This document shows, piece after piece, positions 18,085-27,505 of a stretch of DNA of 30,080 bases. Every line of letters starts with the position of its first letter. The stretch's first letter is position 1. The notes under the pieces are model-generated. The model saw nothing but the letters and a program-made list of their open reading frames with translations. It ran no database searches and was not told where the DNA came from. Made by a program: the position numbers and the translations under genes. Location: the IMG/VR virus record IMGVR_UViG_3300012952_000079, positions 1-30,080 of that record; one strand, given 5' to 3'. Origin of the DNA: a virus. Lineage: Duplodnaviria > Caudoviricetes.

Positions 18085-20724
18085 ATGTCTTGGAAGAAAT
18101 ATAATTGTAGATTTTATTCAGAGAATACTGTAGATGGAGAGCCAGATGTATGGTATCAGATAGCTATATATCAAGAAACTGGATCAGGTACAGAAGTAGA
18201 ATTTAAATGTACTTCTAATGCCTTTACTTTAAAAATGGATGGAGGAGATGATCCTTTAACATCTTCTATAAAAACTACTTCTCTAGAGTTTGATATGATT
18301 ATAGAAGGGCCTGATCAAGAACAGATAATAGATGATATACTATCTGTAAGTACTGGTAATGAGAATGAATACTCTGTAAAAGTATCTATATATATACCTG
18401 GCACAGGATGGAGTACTTTATGGAGGGGAGTATTACTAGGAGATTTAGTACAGGTACAAGATGTAGGATTAAATAATATAATAAAAGTACAAGCTATAGA
18501 TGGTTTAGGCCAGTTAAAGTATAAACTTTGGGATAGTGCAAGTTATGGAGGTATAAGGAGCTGTATGTATATTATTAAAGCTTGTTTAAGGAATATACCT
18601 TTGTTATCTAATGTATATGGAACTGGAGATAATTTTATAGCTCATATACCTTTTTATTATAATAAAGCTATGGCTGGAGGATTAACTGGAGCTAATGGTG
18701 TAGATAGTGATACATGGAGAGAAAATGTATCTCATGATCCTCTATCTTTAACCTGTGTTAATACTGAAGTATTTAAAAATGATGATGGTAGTTACTGGAG
18801 TTATTATGATATTTTAGAACAGATTTTAGGAGCTTTTCAAAGTAGGTTAATGATGAACATGGTTAATGATGGATCATCTCCTAAAGCTATGTGGTTTATT
18901 CAGAATCCTTTTGTATATCACGACTGGAATAATAACCTAGATACTGATAATCTTATATTTTTTCATGGAAACGATTTAGGAACTGATGACGCTTTAAGTT
19001 ATATTAATAATTTTAGTACTAAATTAACTGATCCATCTACTAGATTATCAGGAGGATTAACTACTTTTACTCCTCCTTTATTAAGTTATAAGAGTGTTTA
19101 TAATCATAAAATAATGCAGAATTTAGCTCTAGGGCCTGTATCTTTTAATAGTCAAGAATACTCTGAAGCGAATCCTAGTACTACAGCTGATTTAATAGTA
19201 GATACTCCTACTAATGCTTTTAGCTATAGAATAGTAAAAGATCAAGATGAAACTGATGTGCCTGGTAATGGTGGGTTTCACAGGCCTAGTATGAGTAAAG
19301 TACTAGTAACTGGAGAGCTAGAGTATTATCCATACCATTGGGCAGCTTGGGATTTTTTTAATCAAAATAATTACACTATAAATTTTGGAGCTTATACTAA
19401 TGGTATAGGTGTAGATCAATATGTAGCCGCTAGAATGGGTTTAATGGTATCTTCTAGAAGTGAGTTTAATTATAGTGGTACTGATTATTTAGTATATAAT
19501 TTTTACTATTTAGGGAGTAGTAGATTTGGTAATTTAACTGGCTCTGTGCCTTGGGTAGGGCCTGGAGAAACTTCTGTAGGATCTCCATATATAGGTTTTT
19601 GGAATACTACTTATCCATCTATATTTACTTATGATGATTTTGATACAGGAGATGATGTATATCCATGGGGTACAGATACTAACGAATGGTTATACTGGTT
19701 TAATAATGACGCTTCTATAAGTACTTCTAATCATTGGGGGTTTTTTACTCCTTATGTACATTATGTAAATAGTTATTTAATAGCTGAAGGATCAGCTTAT
19801 TCAGATTTTCAGGACGCTTGGAGCTTTTTTAATTATAGTAATCTTTTAGGAAGTGGAGTACAGGCCTTTAGTGTAGAATCTCCAGCTGTGCCAGTAGTAG
19901 GTAATCAGTATGGATTTACTCCTGATACAGGGGTAATAAATCATATAGATTTAATATATGCTTTTGGTAGAGATATGTGGGATAATGATGGAACTGGTAA
20001 TTATTATACTTGCTGCTTAGACTGGACTAACTGGAAAGAGCTATTACATGAAGATAGAGGAATAGGTTTTGGTTATAATCTTAATAATGTAAGAGTATAT
20101 ATTTTAGGTAATGAAAATATAGATGATGGTTATTATGATTATAGTATAGGAGAGTTTACTAATGGTAATGGAACTCCATCAGATTCAGATACTCAGGATC
20201 CTGAAATAATAATAGGAGATGAGCCCGCTTATCATGGTAACGCTGTAGAAGAAACTAATGAAGGTATTAATCCTGTTTATTTTGGGCAGTTTTGGATAAG
20301 AAATACAAATCCAGCGACTAGTACTAATGATCCTTTTTATTTAGGAGTAGATACTACTAGATGGATATGTAAATGGGAGAGTGATGACGCTGGAAACTGG
20401 TTAAAGTTACATGAGAAACGCTGTAAAATGGAAGTAGGGCACAGGTACAAACTAGGACAAAAACTAGATGTATCTTTTATAGATAAATCTCCTGAAACTG
20501 CATATACTGGAGATTTTTTAATGACGCACTTGGCTTTTTCAGGTATTTATTTATGGAGCTCAGGAAGTACTGAGCAGAGTAACTGGATAGATAAACCTTT
20601 TATGATTGCAGGAGGGGAGTTTAACGCTGGTACTATGGAATGGAAAGTACAGCTTATGGAGTGTAATAATTTTTACTGGAGTAATTTAACTAATACTAGT
20701 TATTCAAATAATAATAATTCTTAA
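18085..20724 (+). CDS. Large tail tip/baseplate protein
   Basis: 879 aa after tape measure; WRGVL...AIDGLGQLK motif like tail hub proteins; aromatic/Asn/Gly-rich. Confidence 0.7.
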   Translation: MSWKKYNCRFYSENTVDGEPDVWYQIAIYQETGSGTEVEFKCTSNAFTLKMDGGDDPLTSSIKTTSLEFDMIIEGPDQEQIIDDILSVSTGNENEYSVKVSIYIPGTGWSTLWRGVLLGDLVQVQDVGLNNIIKVQAIDGLGQLKYKLWDSASYGGIRSCMYIIKACLRNIPLLSNVYGTGDNFIAHIPFYYNKAMAGGLTGANGVDSDTWRENVSHDPLSLTCVNTEVFKNDDGSYWSYYDILEQILGAFQSRLMMNMVNDGSSPKAMWFIQNPFVYHDWNNNLDTDNLIFFHGNDLGTDDALSYINNFSTKLTDPSTRLSGGLTTFTPPLLSYKSVYNHKIMQNLALGPVSFNSQEYSEANPSTTADLIVDTPTNAFSYRIVKDQDETDVPGNGGFHRPSMSKVLVTGELEYYPYHWAAWDFFNQNNYTINFGAYTNGIGVDQYVAARMGLMVSSRSEFNYSGTDYLVYNFYYLGSSRFGNLTGSVPWVGPGETSVGSPYIGFWNTTYPSIFTYDDFDTGDDVYPWGTDTNEWLYWFNNDASISTSNHWGFFTPYVHYVNSYLIAEGSAYSDFQDAWSFFNYSNLLGSGVQAFSVESPAVPVVGNQYGFTPDTGVINHIDLIYAFGRDMWDNDGTGNYYTCCLDWTNWKELLHEDRGIGFGYNLNNVRVYILGNENIDDGYYDYSIGEFTNGNGTPSDSDTQDPEIIIGDEPAYHGNAVEETNEGINPVYFGQFWIRNTNPATSTNDPFYLGVDTTRWICKWESDDAGNWLKLHEKRCKMEVGHRYKLGQKLDVSFIDKSPETAYTGDFLMTHLAFSGIYLWSSGSTEQSNWIDKPFMIAGGEFNAGTMEWKVQLMECNNFYWSNLTNTSYSNNNNS

Positions 20725-20725
20725 A

Positions 20726-21658
20726 ATGGCTAAACCTGGCAAAAGATTAAGAGTAAAAAATACAGCTAAAATACCTAGAACTACTTTAGGTACTTTTAGT
20801 AGTACCGCTAATAGTAAAAGGATAGTAAATAATGATAATTTATCTTTAAAAGGTAGATCTCCTTTACCAACTTCTAATACTGCTAAAGTAATGGGAGGAT
20901 ATAAATCTAATTCTGACGCTTTTGGTATATGGTTACGAAAAAATGCTATAACTACTTTATCAGGTAATATAAGTACTACAGGAAGTATTACTCAAATAGA
21001 TATAAGGCCAGTAAGTAATTTTGGAGGAGGAGATTATTTATTAAGAAAAGGAGATACTTTTTATATTTATGATCAATTTTCTTATAAAAATAAACAATTA
21101 ACAGCAGACGCGGATTTGTTGCATGGAGATGTAAGAATAACTATTACTAGTACATCTTTTATAAAAGGTACTGATATGTTTAGAGATGGGGCTTTTATTA
21201 TTTTTGATAATAAAACTTTAGTAGAGAGAGTTAGTAATAGTATATTATATAAAAAATATACTTTAACTAATGCAGAATATAAAGCTCTAAGAACTTCTCC
21301 ATATACTTTATTAGCTGCTGAAACTAATAAAATACATCTTCCTATTAGCTGTTATATTCAGTATAAACATGGAGCTGATGAGATGACTAGAGGAAGTTTA
21401 TATATAGGCCATAATTCTCCTAGTACTACTTTAGGTAATTACTGGGGAGGTATAGTAGATTTTGTTTATAGAGAGAGAAACGATTTACTATATCAAATAG
21501 GAGCTAGTACTTATGCTTCGCCTGGATTTAGTACTGGTTATCCTTTAAAATCAGATGGAGATGATGGTACTGGATCAGCTTTAACATTATATACTAGCAG
21601 TAGTTTTACTTCTCCTACTAGTTATATTATATTACATCTTTATTATAAAACAATATGA
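20726..21658 (+). CDS. Putative tail-associated structural protein
   Basis: Thr/Ser/Gly-rich beta-type protein at the end of the tail module. Confidence 0.55.
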   Translation: MAKPGKRLRVKNTAKIPRTTLGTFSSTANSKRIVNNDNLSLKGRSPLPTSNTAKVMGGYKSNSDAFGIWLRKNAITTLSGNISTTGSITQIDIRPVSNFGGGDYLLRKGDTFYIYDQFSYKNKQLTADADLLHGDVRITITSTSFIKGTDMFRDGAFIIFDNKTLVERVSNSILYKKYTLTNAEYKALRTSPYTLLAAETNKIHLPISCYIQYKHGADEMTRGSLYIGHNSPSTTLGNYWGGIVDFVYRERNDLLYQIGASTYASPGFSTGYPLKSDGDDGTGSALTLYTSSSFTSPTSYIILHLYYKTI

Positions 21659-22692
21659 TAAAATATATATACATATTATTTTTTATTTCTATTTCAGCTA
21701 ATGCTCAATTAGGAGTATTTAAGTATAGTACTATTTATGGATCAGTAGGAGTAAATCAGGTTTTAGATGTAGAAAATACTTATACTATACAGGAAGGAAT
21801 ACTAACTGAAACTACAAAAGATAATAAGTATAATTATAGATATGCTTTTGGAGTAAGGAGATTAGCAAGGTTATCTATGGAAGATAGAAAATCTTATAAA
21901 GATGGTACTGAAACTGATTATGGTAAATTTAGATCAGCTTTATTAACTGGTTTAGAGTATTTAGTTTCTTATGAAAATGTAAGAGATAGAGGTATAAAAT
22001 ATATAAATCAGGATTATTTTATAAGGTATTTAGGTAATCATTATATGATTAAGCTACAGAGTACAAACCTAGAAGGAATAGATCTAAAATATAGAGAAAT
22101 AGATTTAAGAATAAAAAAGGATATAAATAAGTTTCAGCTATCAGCTGGGGCTGTTATCAGGTTTCATCCAGCTTATGGATTAAATCCTTTTAGTGTTTTT
22201 AGTGGAGGAGATTATATAGATGTAGCTAATTCTTTAGGTTTTAATTCTTTTTTTTATTGGAATGATGATAATAATAATGGTTATGTAGATAGAACAGAAG
22301 AAACTTTTAATTATTGGACTAATCCACTAGGAGATACTATAGCTAATAGTAATTCTGAATTTATGGAGTATCATTATTCAGATATAGTAAATGGATATAA
22401 TGCTAATGAAATCAATAAACTAGGAACTCAAAGAACTTTATCTGCTGTAATAGGTATATCTTATTATACTCATAAAGATAATTACCATACTCTTATTTGG
22501 AGTAATGTATTACCTTATAACTATGCTTATACTGATTATGGATATTCAGGAGCTGTAGATTATGAAATAGGAGCTTTAATACAAAAGAAAATAACTAAAA
22601 TTTTATCAGTATATACTGAAGGTATTTATTTAAGTTATTTAGATCGTAAAAATTATAATATAAAAATAGGTTTAAACATATTAATAAAATGA
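21655..22692 (+). CDS. Secreted protein, putative outer-membrane beta-barrel
   Basis: Sec signal (MIKYIYILFFISISANA|Q), alternating aromatic/hydrophobic strands, C-terminal YNIKIGLNILIK strand. Confidence 0.55.
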   Translation: MIKYIYILFFISISANAQLGVFKYSTIYGSVGVNQVLDVENTYTIQEGILTETTKDNKYNYRYAFGVRRLARLSMEDRKSYKDGTETDYGKFRSALLTGLEYLVSYENVRDRGIKYINQDYFIRYLGNHYMIKLQSTNLEGIDLKYREIDLRIKKDINKFQLSAGAVIRFHPAYGLNPFSVFSGGDYIDVANSLGFNSFFYWNDDNNNGYVDRTEETFNYWTNPLGDTIANSNSEFMEYHYSDIVNGYNANEINKLGTQRTLSAVIGISYYTHKDNYHTLIWSNVLPYNYAYTDYGYSGAVDYEIGALIQKKITKILSVYTEGIYLSYLDRKNYNIKIGLNILIK

Positions 22693-22961
22693 AAATTTCA
22701 GAATCAACTTCTCTAACTCTAGATTTAAAAACTTTAATTATAATAATTGGCTTTACTGTATCTATGGTAATGATGTACGCAAAATTACAAGCGGATATAG
22801 AGGACGCTAAACAATTACCTAAACCTACTTTATCAGCTACAGAATGGGAGATAAAGGATGAATTAATAAGAACTACTATAATGCAGAACGCGGAAGGTAT
22901 AGAAGAAATAAAAGATAAATTAAATACTATTGAAAATAGATTATATGAAATCAATAAATAA
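22689..22961 (+). CDS. Single-TM coiled-coil membrane protein
   Basis: Hydrophobic helix residues ~16-31 followed by heptad-rich C-terminus. Confidence 0.65.
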   Translation: MKISESTSLTLDLKTLIIIIGFTVSMVMMYAKLQADIEDAKQLPKPTLSATEWEIKDELIRTTIMQNAEGIEEIKDKLNTIENRLYEINK

Positions 22962-23325
22962 AAAAGATATAAGTAATTATATATATATACTATTAATGAT
23001 ATTAGTATTTTTGTTTGCTTATACATCATCAGCTCAAACTTTTTTAAAAGATGAAATAGCAGTAGTAGAATTTAATACATCTTGGAATGAAGATAACTTT
23101 ATAGAAGATTTAGATAAATTAAAAAATTGTAAATACTATACTATAATACTATGTGATTATGTAGAGTATATGGATGAGTATAATATAAAGCAACCTACTA
23201 TAATTATATATAATAATGGAGAGGAGATAAAAAGATTTAAAAGTACTATTATGCTAGATTTTGATATAACATACAAAAAACTACAAAAAGAGGTAGATGT
23301 ATTATTATTAAATAAATTTAATTAA
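22930..23325 (+). CDS. Exported thioredoxin-fold-like protein lacking CxxC
   Basis: Signal/TM then VVEFNTSWN (replaces F.A.WC..C), YNIKQPTIIIYNNGEEIKRF (cis-Pro motif); start may be 22945. Confidence 0.6.
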   Translation: MKIDYMKSINKKDISNYIYILLMILVFLFAYTSSAQTFLKDEIAVVEFNTSWNEDNFIEDLDKLKNCKYYTIILCDYVEYMDEYNIKQPTIIIYNNGEEIKRFKSTIMLDFDITYKKLQKEVDVLLLNKFN

Positions 23326-23326
23326 A

Positions 23327-23839
23327 ATGTTATTAACAGCTAATTTTTCACTAAACGAATTTTTAAAATCTAATGTTGCTAAACGAAGGGGGTTAGAACT
23401 GAATCCTCCTAAAGAACATATAAAAAATATGCAGATATTATGTATGAAAGTATTACAACCTTTAAGAGAGAAACTTGGAAGGCCTATTAAAATTAATTCT
23501 GGCTGGAGGAGTTTAGAACTAAATAGAGCTCTAGGAGGGGCTTATAGAGAGAAAAAAAATAAAGATGGATCTATAACTAAAATATATTCCCAACACTGCA
23601 AAGGAGAGGCCGCTGATTTACATTATGTAGATGAGAATGGTAAAGCAAATAATAAAAAGATATTTGATACTATACTAGAACTAGGTATAGAGTTTGATCA
23701 GATGATTAATGAGTTTAATTATAGATGGATTCATATTAGTTATTCAGAAGGTAAAAACAGAAATAGATTACTGGAAGCTTATAAAGATGAAAATAATAGA
23801 ACTAAATACAGAAGGATTAAAGAATATAAATCATTATGA
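23327..23839 (+). CDS. Endolysin, peptidase M15 family
   Basis: NFSLNEF..S, LQPLR, INSGWRS..LNRALGG, SQHCKGEAAD, WIHISY (Zn ligands H, D, H). Confidence 0.9.
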   Translation: MLLTANFSLNEFLKSNVAKRRGLELNPPKEHIKNMQILCMKVLQPLREKLGRPIKINSGWRSLELNRALGGAYREKKNKDGSITKIYSQHCKGEAADLHYVDENGKANNKKIFDTILELGIEFDQMINEFNYRWIHISYSEGKNRNRLLEAYKDENNRTKYRRIKEYKSL

Positions 23840-24237
23840 GTATAATAAATAAAATTTTTGGAGGGTTAAAAGTAGATGTAAATAAAGCTATTGATGATCT
23901 AACTACTACAAAAGAAGAAAAGCTCCAGTTAAAAATAGAGATGGATAAAGTTTTGAGAAATCATAAACAAACTATGTACCAACTAGAAGTAGAAGATCGT
24001 AAGAGTGCTAGATCTATGTATCAAGATGATAGCAATATACAAAAGATACTAGCAACTATTTTTACTATAGCTTATTTTGTTTTGTCTTTTGTATTAGCTA
24101 GATATTTTGTAATAGGAGATATTAATTTAGGAGAGTTTGAAATCAGTTTTATAAGTACTTTATTTGGTGCTATGAGTGCTAAAGTAAATACTATTATTGA
24201 TTTCTTTTTTGGAGGATCGGCTAAAAAAAATAAATGA
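23836..24237 (+). CDS. Putative holin
   Basis: DRKSAR motif, two TM helices, C-terminal FFFGGS; directly after endolysin. Confidence 0.7.
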   Translation: MSIINKIFGGLKVDVNKAIDDLTTTKEEKLQLKIEMDKVLRNHKQTMYQLEVEDRKSARSMYQDDSNIQKILATIFTIAYFVLSFVLARYFVIGDINLGEFEISFISTLFGAMSAKVNTIIDFFFGGSAKKNK

Positions 24238-24983
24238 GCTTTAGGCCTAGATTAAATAAATTTGTTTATGATTTTATTAGTAATCATAAAAAATCTAATG
24301 TAGTAGGTATAATAAGCGATACTCATTTTCCTTTTGCTCATAAAAATTATTTACCTTTTATTTATGAAACTTTTAATAAATTTCAGGTTAATAGAGTTAT
24401 TCATATTGGAGATCTCGTAGATGGAAGTGCTTGGAACATGTGGGAAAAAGATAGCGATATGCCATCAGGAGGTAAAGAAGCAGAGCTAGCTCAAAGGGAT
24501 ATAGATAAATTATTTAAAGCTTTTCCTGATGGAGATTTAATGATGGGCAACCATGATGAATTAATAAATCGCCGTATGTTGAAGCACTCTATACCTAAAA
24601 AATTCTATAAATCTTTTGCGGAAGCTTGGAATTTTCCTAAAGGATGGAAAACTCATAATTATTTAGAAATAGATAATGTATTATATCTTCATGGAACTGG
24701 AAAAAGTGGAGTAAATGCCGCTGTAAGTTTTATGCAAGATTATAGGCAATCAGTAGTAATAGGCCATACTCATAGCTCTGGAGGAGTAAATTATAGAGCT
24801 TCATATAAAGAGTTATGCTTCGCTCTTAATGTAGGATGTTTGATAAATGTTAATAGTATGGCTTATAGTTATGGAAAAAACTTTAGTAAGAAACCTACTC
24901 TAGGATGTGGTATAGTAGTAGATGGTAAACATGGTTTTTTTATACCTATGGATTTAGGAAAAAAAATAAGTTATTCAAAGTAA
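24234..24983 (+). CDS. Calcineurin-like metallophosphoesterase
   Basis: ISDTH, HIGDLVD, GNHD, HG, GHTH motifs. Confidence 0.9.
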   Translation: MSFRPRLNKFVYDFISNHKKSNVVGIISDTHFPFAHKNYLPFIYETFNKFQVNRVIHIGDLVDGSAWNMWEKDSDMPSGGKEAELAQRDIDKLFKAFPDGDLMMGNHDELINRRMLKHSIPKKFYKSFAEAWNFPKGWKTHNYLEIDNVLYLHGTGKSGVNAAVSFMQDYRQSVVIGHTHSSGGVNYRASYKELCFALNVGCLINVNSMAYSYGKNFSKKPTLGCGIVVDGKHGFFIPMDLGKKISYSK

Positions 24984-25071
24984 TTAACAATTTATAGTTA
25001 ATAACAATCATCATTAAAATTTTCTTTTTAAATAGTTTATAGGTTAATTTGTGTAAACAAAAAAACAGATT

Positions 25072-25278
25072 ATGAATTATACAGAAACTTTAAGGCCTAA
25101 TATGAAAGTATGGCTAGTTAATGAAATAATAAGATTAAGAGTATTAAATAATACTCCTGTAGATTTTAAAAAAATTAAACCATCTAATGATATAAAGGAA
25201 TGGCTTTTTACTCATAGTTTTAAAGATCTTCATAAAATGCAGATAGATTTAATAGCGAAGCTAAAAGATAGGGGGTAA
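25072..25278 (+). CDS. Hypothetical protein, first gene of replication/early block
   Basis: 68 aa ORF after an intergenic gap with near-consensus TTAATTTG (25044-25051) and AAAACAGA leader. Confidence 0.7.
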   Translation: MNYTETLRPNMKVWLVNEIIRLRVLNNTPVDFKKIKPSNDIKEWLFTHSFKDLHKMQIDLIAKLKDRG

Positions 25279-25298
25279 GTAATACAGCTCTATCTGTA

Positions 25299-25306
25299 TA
25301 TATTTG
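25299..25306 (+). promoter_or_regulatory. Possible -7 element TATATTTG just after a hairpin (25266-25295)
   Basis: Exact TAnnTTTG match; only 3 nt before ATG 25310. Confidence 0.4.
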
Positions 25307-25309
25307 TAT

Positions 25310-25630
25310 ATGATTAATATATACGATTTTATGGATGAGCTGTATTACTTATTAGATGTTAATAATATATCAATGGAGGAGGATATGGAGAGAGATAGAG
25401 CTATACGATTATTATTAAAAACAAAAAAAAGAATGGCTACAGAAATAATTAATGATAAAAATATACTAGATGTTTACAGAAAAAAAGGAATGGAGGGGAT
25501 TAAAAAATACTTTACTAGGCAGGTATGTTATTTATATTCTACGAGTTTTTGTTATGATGTATTATTTTATCATTATAAAAATGACTGGAGAAAATTAGAA
25601 CTTATAATTAAAGATAAATTAAATGACTAG
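25310..25630 (+). CDS. Hypothetical protein
   Basis: ORF from track (TTG 25304); ATG at 25310 or 25331 more likely. Confidence 0.65.
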   Translation: MINIYDFMDELYYLLDVNNISMEEDMERDRAIRLLLKTKKRMATEIINDKNILDVYRKKGMEGIKKYFTRQVCYLYSTSFCYDVLFYHYKNDWRKLELIIKDKLND

Positions 25631-25934
25631 AAGAATACTTACTACTGAAGAAAAAGCTGATGTACTTAATACTATAGAGCAATCTTTTAAAAAATTATCT
25701 GAAGATCAGAAAAAAACTATATTATATAAAATAGGAATTTCAAAAATAGATATAGAGAGATTATCAGAAGCTGAACTATTAACAAAAGTTAAAACTGAAT
25801 ACGATACTTTAATATCAAGGATAGATATAAATAATTTTAGTGTAGATTCAAAATATAAAACAGCAGCGGAGTATATGAGCGGAGATAAAAAATCAGAATT
25901 TAAAACAGATGTACAAACATATAAAAACTTATAA
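25623..25934 (+). CDS. Hypothetical protein
   Basis: 103 aa ORF overlapping upstream stop. Confidence 0.7.
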   Translation: MTRRILTTEEKADVLNTIEQSFKKLSEDQKKTILYKIGISKIDIERLSEAELLTKVKTEYDTLISRIDINNFSVDSKYKTAAEYMSGDKKSEFKTDVQTYKNL

Positions 25935-25935
25935 C

Positions 25936-26082
25936 ATGGAACAATTAGATACAAGGGATTACAGCTTATTATTATCTGTACTCCATAATGAAAAACTAGA
26001 TCCTAAAGATAAAGTAGCTTTAGATTTAGTTAAATTAAAATTATTATCAAAATTAAATAAACTAGAAGCATATTATGAATAA
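25936..26082 (+). CDS. Small hypothetical protein (48 aa, not in ORF track)
   Basis: MEQLDTRDYSLLLSVLHNEKLDPKDKVALDLVKLKLLSKLNKLEAYYE; fills the gap between neighbours exactly. Confidence 0.65.
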   Translation: MEQLDTRDYSLLLSVLHNEKLDPKDKVALDLVKLKLLSKLNKLEAYYE

Positions 26083-26482
26083 AGAAAAACTTAAAGAAAT
26101 ATATACTAAATATCAATTAGAAAAAGATGATATTTTTATATTAAAATTTGGAGGTAAAGATAAACCTATAATTACTAGAAGCGGTATAGAACGAATCCAG
26201 GCCATTTTAGGTATAGAATGTACTTTTAAAATAGAAAAAATATCAGAAGATCATAAAAGCGTTATTATAATGGGTACAGGATGTATTTTTAAATCAGATG
26301 ATAGAGGGCAAAAAATGCCTAAAGTAATGGCCCAAAGTTTTGGAGAAGTTTCTCCAGCTAATAATAGATCCAGTTATCCTGTAGCTATGGCGGAAAAAAG
26401 AGCTTTAGGTAGGGTAGTACTAAAAATGGCTAATCTTTTTGGATTTTATTCAGAAGATGAGGCAGAGGAGTTTAAAAAATGA
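26075..26482 (+). CDS. Putative single-strand annealing/recombination protein
   Basis: IITRSGIERI and AMAEKRA..R..LK....G.YSEDE pattern reminiscent of Rad52/RecT-like annealase cores; in replication block. Confidence 0.45.
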   Translation: MNKEKLKEIYTKYQLEKDDIFILKFGGKDKPIITRSGIERIQAILGIECTFKIEKISEDHKSVIIMGTGCIFKSDDRGQKMPKVMAQSFGEVSPANNRSSYPVAMAEKRALGRVVLKMANLFGFYSEDEAEEFKK

Positions 26483-26727
26483 GAAGAAATTACTCATATA
26501 TAGATGATAAAGGTTTTGTAAGAACTTGGATTATAATTTGTAATGAAGGAGATTTATTAGTAAAATGTAGTAAAGATGATTTACATAATTTACTTTTAGA
26601 TATGTATAAGGATAAAGAAGTAAATATAATTGAGTTTTTTGAGTATAAATCTGATGAGTATTATATGTTTATTGAAGGAGAAAATTATGATGTAAATAAA
26701 GATTATAAAAATGAAATCAGTAGATAG
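26479..26727 (+). CDS. Hypothetical protein
   Basis: 82 aa ORF, ATGA coupling. Confidence 0.65.
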   Translation: MRRNYSYIDDKGFVRTWIIICNEGDLLVKCSKDDLHNLLLDMYKDKEVNIIEFFEYKSDEYYMFIEGENYDVNKDYKNEISR

Positions 26728-27151
26728 ATTAATAAGAATATCTTGTTATTATAATAAAGTAAAGTTTGCTGATTTTTATAATGTATTTAGTAATCCTAGA
26801 ACTAAAGACGCTAGGAGTATGGTTTATCATATATTACATAATAAAGAGAATTTTACTATATATGATATTTCGGAACTATTTAATAAATCAAAAGATCATA
26901 TAAAAGATATGTTAGAATATCATAATACAGAGTATGAAGTAATAAATCATTATACTAGACAATATGAAAACATATTAACTCAATTTAATAACTGGAATAA
27001 TACAGATCTAGATTTAGCTTATAGTATTATTAAAACTAAATATGATTATGATACTGATATAAAGTATGAACAGATACTAAATGAAAATAATCGTTTAGAA
27101 CATCAAGTAGATATATTAAAAATTAAATTAAATAAAAAAAGTTATGTATAA
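26711..27151 (+). CDS. HTH protein resembling DnaA domain IV, with C-terminal coiled coil
   Basis: DARSMVYHIL......TIYDISELFNK..DH resembles the DnaA C-terminal HTH signature. Confidence 0.5.
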   Translation: MKSVDRLIRISCYYNKVKFADFYNVFSNPRTKDARSMVYHILHNKENFTIYDISELFNKSKDHIKDMLEYHNTEYEVINHYTRQYENILTQFNNWNNTDLDLAYSIIKTKYDYDTDIKYEQILNENNRLEHQVDILKIKLNKKSYV

Positions 27152-27485
27152 AATAAGAGGTAAAATTTTAAATAGTAGAATAGAAACTATAGAGAGTAAA
27201 TCAGGAGATACTTTTGAAAAAATGTATTTAACAATAGAAGAAACTGATACTGGTTTTAGCCATAAACATCAGTTTGAAATTTTTGGTAAAGAATCTATAG
27301 CTTTACAAAAAGATAAAGTAAAAGTAGATAGATATGTTAATATAGAATTTTATATAAAAAGTAATGAATGGAAAGATAAATTTTTTAATACATTAAATAT
27401 AAAAAATATAATTCTAGAAGATGATATAGTAATGCCTGATCAGGTATATGATAATGTAGATGAGAATGATAATACTCCATTTTAA
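27144..27485 (+). CDS. Single-stranded DNA-binding protein (DUF3127-like OB fold)
   Basis: I.GKI, FEIFG, V.IEF.I.S.EW..KFFNTL and acidic tail ending DNTPF. Confidence 0.75.
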   Translation: MYKIRGKILNSRIETIESKSGDTFEKMYLTIEETDTGFSHKHQFEIFGKESIALQKDKVKVDRYVNIEFYIKSNEWKDKFFNTLNIKNIILEDDIVMPDQVYDNVDENDNTPF

Positions 27486-27505
27486 AAATTAAAAATAGAA
27501 ACAAT

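Noticed and set aside
22595-23029. Minus-strand 144 aa hydrophobic ORF
   Set aside because: Overlaps three coupled + genes; hydrophobicity is an antisense artefact
25706-25954. Minus-strand 82 aa ORF
   Set aside because: Antisense to ORF 25623 in a tightly packed + operon
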